DNA from: Octopus sinensis
Lineage: Eukaryota
Length of the DNA: 64,000 nucleotides
NCBI RefSeq assembly: GCF_006345805.1
Contig: NC_043011.1
Span: 9,796,001-9,860,000 of the forward strand
Direction of reading: 5' to 3'
Shown here in pieces: positions 62,712 to 64,000 of this stretch. The notes beneath the pieces were generated by a model. That model made no database searches. It was not told the origin of the DNA and worked only from the letters and a program-made list of their open reading frames with translations. A program made the translations under genes and the position numbers. Position 1 is the first letter of the stretch. The number at the start of each line of letters is the position of its first letter.

Positions 62712-64000
62712 GAGGGTTAAAATGATTTGGGCTGAAATGAAATCACTGGAAAAGAATCAGCCAACAGATGTAGATTTTAAGCAAAAATATACACACATAC
62801 ATAGGTGTGTATATAATACATGAATCTTTTTCACAATTATAGACTCATGTTATATACACACCTCTGCAAAAACAAATACATTACACACACACACATACTC
62901 ACACACACACACACATATATATATATGTGTGTGTATGTATATATACATATATACTCACACACACATGTATAAAGTAGCTAGCTCTCTTTCTCTCTCAAGA
63001 TATATATTTATATATATATATACACACACACACAGACATTCACACACACATATTTAGATGTGGGTGTAGGAGATGGTCCAAACAAATAATGATAATAATA
63101 ATAATAATAATAAACAAAAAATTCAATAAAAATCAACAAAAGTTGAAATATATTTTCTTTTTTTTTTTGTTTGTTTGTTGTCTTTTGTTTTCTCTAAAAG
63201 ATTTGTCCCTGTTGAACCGTGAAATATTCCCCTGGAATCAAGCGAGTGCTATAAGGAGAGGTAAAGTCTGACGGAGGAGGAATTTGTTGGGGTAAGAACG
63301 GATGATATGTTCCATCGTGAGTTAAAATACAAAGTACTCCATCGAAATATTCTCGAGAATTCACTTTTGTTGACAGCAACTACTGGCAAAACAGGTTTCC
63401 TACAGAGAACATGTGAGCTGTCAAATGATGCCACACAACAAGACACATCCATTTCAAAGGAATACAGTTTGGTCTTCGATTCAGAATGGTCAGTCTACTT
63501 CATACATGCACCTAACACCAACAACAACAACAACAGCACCAACAACAATAACAACAAACTGTGAATGTATGTTGATTCGCTGGTCTACGGTCGCCTCTTT
63601 CATAACAGATGCTTATTACATGCCAACTGACTCTTATAACTCTCTCTTACAATGAAGTGTGTTTGTACAAACACACACACACACGCGTACACGTGTGTGT
63701 GTGTGTGTGTGCGTGTACAGATGTGCTTATTGACATATATGCATGCACAGAGGTATGTATATGTGAGTGGGTACGTGTCAGTGTGTGTGTGTGTGTGTGT
63801 GCCTCTACACCCAGCAACTGATGCTGTCTTCCTCTGTTCATTCATATAAGTGCAAATGTTTTCACACCTAATTAATTGGCATGTCTAATATCACAGTTGC
63901 AGGTATGTAAGTCTATTGATACACACACACACACATGACACACACACGCACACACACACACACAGTGTGAGGATTTATCTTTCTTTCTGTCCCTCTTTTT

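Overview
AT-rich, extremely microsatellite-dense eukaryotic DNA that is mostly or entirely intronic/intergenic. The interspersed repeats (two tRNA-head SINE types, RTE LINEs with (ATG)n tails, R4/Dong-like LINEs) resemble families I recognise from octopus genomes; that assignment is inference, not a database result. I found no confidently identifiable host gene, rRNA, tRNA gene or CRISPR array, and most ORF-track entries are microsatellite artefacts. Supported content: (1) a same-strand stack of up to four R4/Dong-like retrotransposon copies separated by (AAT)n tracts (1-6120), the last nearly full length; (2) many RTE, CR1/L2-like, SINE, Helitron, MITE and Penelope-like fragments; (3) a twin-priming-type inverted RTE insertion with a 12-bp TSD (8141-8409); (4) a near-identical 1.27-kb tandem duplication with breakpoints in (TA)n (9739-12298); (5) a ~290-bp near-perfect fold-back inverted duplication (17262-17903) and a second, microsatellite-rich inverted repeat (25237-25628); (6) a LINE tail encoding tandem C2H2 fingers beside a 31-bp-arm hairpin enclosing a degenerate hammerhead-like core (30561-31092); (7) a few splice-site-bounded candidate exons that I cannot assign to a protein. 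Coordinates were read by eye and may be off by a few bases at degraded element edges.
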